In this document: positions 33,512 to 36,480 of the stretch, piece after piece
Layout: each line of letters opens with the position of its first letter
How positions within the stretch are numbered: the first letter of the stretch is position 1
Source of the DNA: a bacterium
Lineage (GTDB): Bacteria; Desulfobacterota; GWC2-55-46; DRQE01
Length of the DNA: 36,480 nt
Assembly (NCBI GenBank): GCA_027017505.1
Contig: JALUQR010000049.1
Span: 1-36,480, forward strand
Direction of reading: 5' to 3'
Notes under the pieces: model-generated
Told to the model about the DNA's origin: nothing
Seen by the model: the letters and a program-made list of their open reading frames with translations, nothing else
The model's database searches: none
Position numbers and translations under genes: made by a program

Positions 33512-36337
33512 ATGGGGCGAGCAAGAAAGAAGATAGAGCTTTACATTGCAGAGCCACCCCTTCCGCCTGTAAGGGATGAGCTTGTCATAGAGGGGTGCAG
33601 GCAGAATAATCTAAAGAACATATCCCTTTCCATACCCCACGACAGGATTACAGCCATAGTGGGCCCCAGTGGTTCGGGTAAATCCTCGCTTGCCTTTGAC
33701 ACCCTCTTTGCAGAGGGCAGGTGGCGTTACATGGAGTCCCTTTCCACCTATACAAGGCTCTTTCTTGAAAGGATGGACAGACCCCTTCTTGACAGAATCT
33801 ACAACATAAGGCCTGCAATAAGCATAGAGCAGAAAAACCCCGTGCGCACGAGCCGTTCCACAGTGGGTACCGCAACGGAGATTAACGACTACCTGAGGGT
33901 GCTCTTTGCAAGGCTCGGTAAACTGCACTGTCCTGGATGCAGAAAGGAGATAGCCCCGCTTGATACCCCCAGGGTGGTCTACAGGCTTCTGAAAGAATAT
34001 CAGGGAAGAAGACTCCACATAGGGTTTACCATACCCGTGGATGAGGATGGCTCTGCCATAGAGGCCATAATAGATGGGCTTCTGAAGAAGGGCTTTATAA
34101 GGATAAGGACCTCAAGGGTGGTTGATGTGAGCTACGAGGAACCCCCTGTTGATGAAATTAGGGCCCACGGTGCAATAGATGTGGTTGTGGACAGACTCAT
34201 ACCCACAGAGGATGCCAAACAGAGGCTTTCAGACTCTGTGGAGATAGCCTTTCGTGAGGGCAGGGACAACATGTGGGTATGGGTGGATGAGGAAAAACTG
34301 CTTGAGTTCTCCAGGGTCTTAAGGTGCACAGACTGCAACATAGAGCTTGAAGCCCCATCACCGATACTGTTTTCCTTCAACCATCCTGTGGGGGCATGCC
34401 CTGAATGCAAGGGGTTTGGCAACATACTCAAATACGATGAGGACAAGATTGTTCCAGATAAGTCGCTGACCTTAAGGGAAGGTGCCATAGAGCCCTGGAC
34501 AAAACCTGCCTACAGGTGGTGGCAGGAAGAACTTGAAAGATACGCAGATAAGTATCGCATAGACCTGGACAAAAAGTTCTACGAGCTTTCAAAAAGAGAA
34601 AGAGAGCTTGTGTTTAAAGGCACAGAGGATTTTGAGGGTATTGAGGAGTTCTTCGAATACCTTGAGACAAAGAGGTACAAGCTCCACATAAGGGTGTTTC
34701 TTTCTCGCTACAAGGGGCACTTTACATGTCCCGTATGCAGGGGCACAAGGCTAAAGGAGAAGGCACTTCTTGTAACCATAGGCGGGCTGAACATTGCAGA
34801 GGTGAGCCATCTCACGGTAAGTGAGGCAAGAAGGTTCTTTAAGGGGCTTGAGCTCAGCCCTGTTGAAAGGGAGATTGCAAAAGAGGCGCTGAAGCAGATA
34901 AACCTGAAGCTTGATTTTCTTGAAGAGACAGGGCTTGGCTACATAACCCTTGACCGCCTTACACGCACCCTCTCTGGTGGTGAGGCCCAGAGGGTTTCTC
35001 TTGCAAACCAGCTTGCCTCCTCGCTCTCAGGGGTGCTCTATATACTCGATGAGCCCTCCATAGGGCTTCATCCAAGGGATGTGGACATGCTCATAGCACA
35101 GCTTAAAAGACTGTCAGGACTTGGCAACACCGTGGTTGTTGTGGAGCATGACCCCTCGATAATAAAAGAGGCCCACCACATAGTGGAGCTCGGGCCTGGC
35201 TCTGGTGAGATGGGTGGAAGGATAGTCTACAGTGGCACGAGAAAGGACTTTCTTGATGGTGCGAGCACCCTTACCGCAAGGTACCTGAGTGGTGAGCTCA
35301 GAATAAATGTGCCACGCTGGAGGCGAAAGGGCAGTGGAAAGGAACTCGTAATAAGAGGGGCAAGGGGAAATAACCTTAAGGGAATAGATGTGAGGTTCCC
35401 GCTCAACACATTTATCTGTGTGACAGGTGTTTCAGGTTCGGGCAAGAGCAGTCTTGTTATGGACACCCTTTACAACGCCCTGGCACTTAAGTTCGGCATA
35501 AAGGCAGACAGACCCCTTCCCCACCACTCCATAGAAGGGGCAGAACACCTGCGGGATGTAAGACTCATAGACCAGGAGCCCATAGGAAAGACCCCGCGCA
35601 GTAACCCCATAACCTACATAGGCGGATTTGATGACATACGCCAGTTTTTTGCCTCCCTCAGGCGAGCAAGGGAAAGGGGCATAGGGGCAGGCAGTTTCTC
35701 ATTCAATGTGCCTGGTGGCAGGTGTGAGGCCTGTAAGGGCGAAGGGGTGGAAAAGGTGGAGATGTATTTTCTTCCAGATGTATACATAAACTGCAGTGTG
35801 TGTAACGGTAGAAGGTACAAGCCAGAGATACTGGAGATAAAGTACAACAACCGCAACATCCACGATGTACTGCAGATGACCTTTGATGAGGCCTACAGGT
35901 TTTTTGCCCACCTTCCGCATTTATTGAAAAAGATATCCCTTTTAAGGGAGGTTGGCCTTGGCTACTTAAGGCTCGGCCAGTCCGCATTGACACTTTCAGG
36001 TGGAGAGGCCCAGAGGCTTAAGATTGCCCGTGAGCTTCTTGGCGGTGAGGAGGGCGGAGTGCTCTACATACTCGATGAGCCCACAACAGGCCTTCATCCA
36101 GATGATATAAAAAAGCTTCTTGCAGTGCTCGGAAGACTCGTGGATGCTGGCAACACCGTGATTGTGGTTGAGCACAACCTGGATTGCATAAAGACAGCAG
36201 ACCACATAATAGACCTTGGCCCTGAAGGTGGTGAACGCGGTGGCACCATAGTTGCAGAGGGCACACCAGAAAAGGTTGCAAGAACAAAGGAAAGCTACAC
36301 TGGTAGATACCTCAAACCCCTGCTCAGGGCAGGCTGA
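33512..36337 (+). CDS. uvrA: excinuclease ABC subunit A
   Basis: 941 aa, collinear with UvrA. NNLKNISLSIPHDRITAIVGPSGSGKSSLAFDTLFAEG (Walker A-I) and GVSGSGKSSLV (Walker A-II). Two LSGGEAQR signature motifs. Zinc modules CPECKGFG and CEACKGEG...CSVCNGRRY. Confidence 0.95.
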   Translation: MGRARKKIELYIAEPPLPPVRDELVIEGCRQNNLKNISLSIPHDRITAIVGPSGSGKSSLAFDTLFAEGRWRYMESLSTYTRLFLERMDRPLLDRIYNIRPAISIEQKNPVRTSRSTVGTATEINDYLRVLFARLGKLHCPGCRKEIAPLDTPRVVYRLLKEYQGRRLHIGFTIPVDEDGSAIEAIIDGLLKKGFIRIRTSRVVDVSYEEPPVDEIRAHGAIDVVVDRLIPTEDAKQRLSDSVEIAFREGRDNMWVWVDEEKLLEFSRVLRCTDCNIELEAPSPILFSFNHPVGACPECKGFGNILKYDEDKIVPDKSLTLREGAIEPWTKPAYRWWQEELERYADKYRIDLDKKFYELSKRERELVFKGTEDFEGIEEFFEYLETKRYKLHIRVFLSRYKGHFTCPVCRGTRLKEKALLVTIGGLNIAEVSHLTVSEARRFFKGLELSPVEREIAKEALKQINLKLDFLEETGLGYITLDRLTRTLSGGEAQRVSLANQLASSLSGVLYILDEPSIGLHPRDVDMLIAQLKRLSGLGNTVVVVEHDPSIIKEAHHIVELGPGSGEMGGRIVYSGTRKDFLDGASTLTARYLSGELRINVPRWRRKGSGKELVIRGARGNNLKGIDVRFPLNTFICVTGVSGSGKSSLVMDTLYNALALKFGIKADRPLPHHSIEGAEHLRDVRLIDQEPIGKTPRSNPITYIGGFDDIRQFFASLRRARERGIGAGSFSFNVPGGRCEACKGEGVEKVEMYFLPDVYINCSVCNGRRYKPEILEIKYNNRNIHDVLQMTFDEAYRFFAHLPHLLKKISLLREVGLGYLRLGQSALTLSGGEAQRLKIARELLGGEEGGVLYILDEPTTGLHPDDIKKLLAVLGRLVDAGNTVIVVEHNLDCIKTADHIIDLGPEGGERGGTIVAEGTPEKVARTKESYTGRYLKPLLRAG

Positions 36338-36480
36338 AAAAGAGGGCCTTCCCCAAGGGCACTTGGTACAGACATATTTACCACCTCTATGTGATTGGTT
36401 CAACACTTTGTTTAGAGGATTTATCAGGGACATAAGCTCTTCCAGCAGTATCACAGGGAAGTGGAGTATATGGTCTGTTA

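Noticed and set aside
33379-33579. 66-aa plus-strand ORF upstream of and overlapping the uvrA start
   Set aside because: It uses a non-ATG start, covers the candidate uvrA promoter and SD, and runs out of frame into uvrA. Nothing supports it as coding.
35996-36454. 152-aa minus-strand ORF at the right edge
   Set aside because: About 340 of its 459 nt overlap the highly conserved 3' end of uvrA in antisense. There is no SD and no recognisable motif. A real gene may start beyond the window, but nothing here supports one.
1-36480. Scan for tRNA, rRNA, CRISPR arrays, IS elements or transposases, and long nucleotide repeats
   Set aside because: The intergenic regions (2756-2829, 3301-3390, 4237-4378, 8129-8370, 33316-33511, 36338-36480) are too short for such features, or show no cloverleaf-like or array-like structure by eye. 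No ORF has transposase or integrase motifs. A computational scan (tRNAscan-SE, Infernal/Rfam, CRISPR detection, self-BLAST) would be needed to exclude small ncRNAs.

Overview
The window has three parts. Codon and amino-acid usage look thermophile-like by eye (AGG/AGA Arg, ATA Ile, Glu/Lys/Arg-rich proteins). That is an inference, and I cannot name a taxon.

(1) Bases 1-8128 carry housekeeping genes:
- a minus-strand operon ubiU-ubiV-(phasin-like)-ubiB' for O2-independent quinone hydroxylation
- ssb
- htpX, followed by a clean rho-independent terminator
- a COG2509-type FAD oxidoreductase
- a TrmJ-like methyltransferase
- a DUF3592-like membrane protein
- a radical SAM enzyme

(2) Bases 8371-33315 form one tightly packed plus-strand operon of about 25 kb. 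It encodes a complete extracellular contractile injection system (eCIS / phage-like protein translocation structure, Afp/PVC-like). Gene order is:
- DUF4255 (Afp16/Pvc16-like) terminator
- an unknown 347-aa protein
- one sheath and two tube paralogs
- a 50-aa ORF missing from the supplied track
- LysM tube initiator, VgrG-like spike, PAAR, gp25
- a giant baseplate-J-like protein and two further giant baseplate/fibre-position proteins
- tape measure and AAA+ ATPase
- at the payload position, a 1161-aa DUF4157 (HExxH zincin) protein with a long uncharacterised C-terminus, followed by a TPR protein

I saw no capsid, terminase, lysis, integrase or T6SS membrane-complex genes.

(3) Bases 33512-36337 encode uvrA.

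The most interesting material is the eCIS and its unassigned components and candidate cargo. I saw no rRNA, tRNA, CRISPR array or IS element. All family assignments come from motif recognition by eye, not from database searches.
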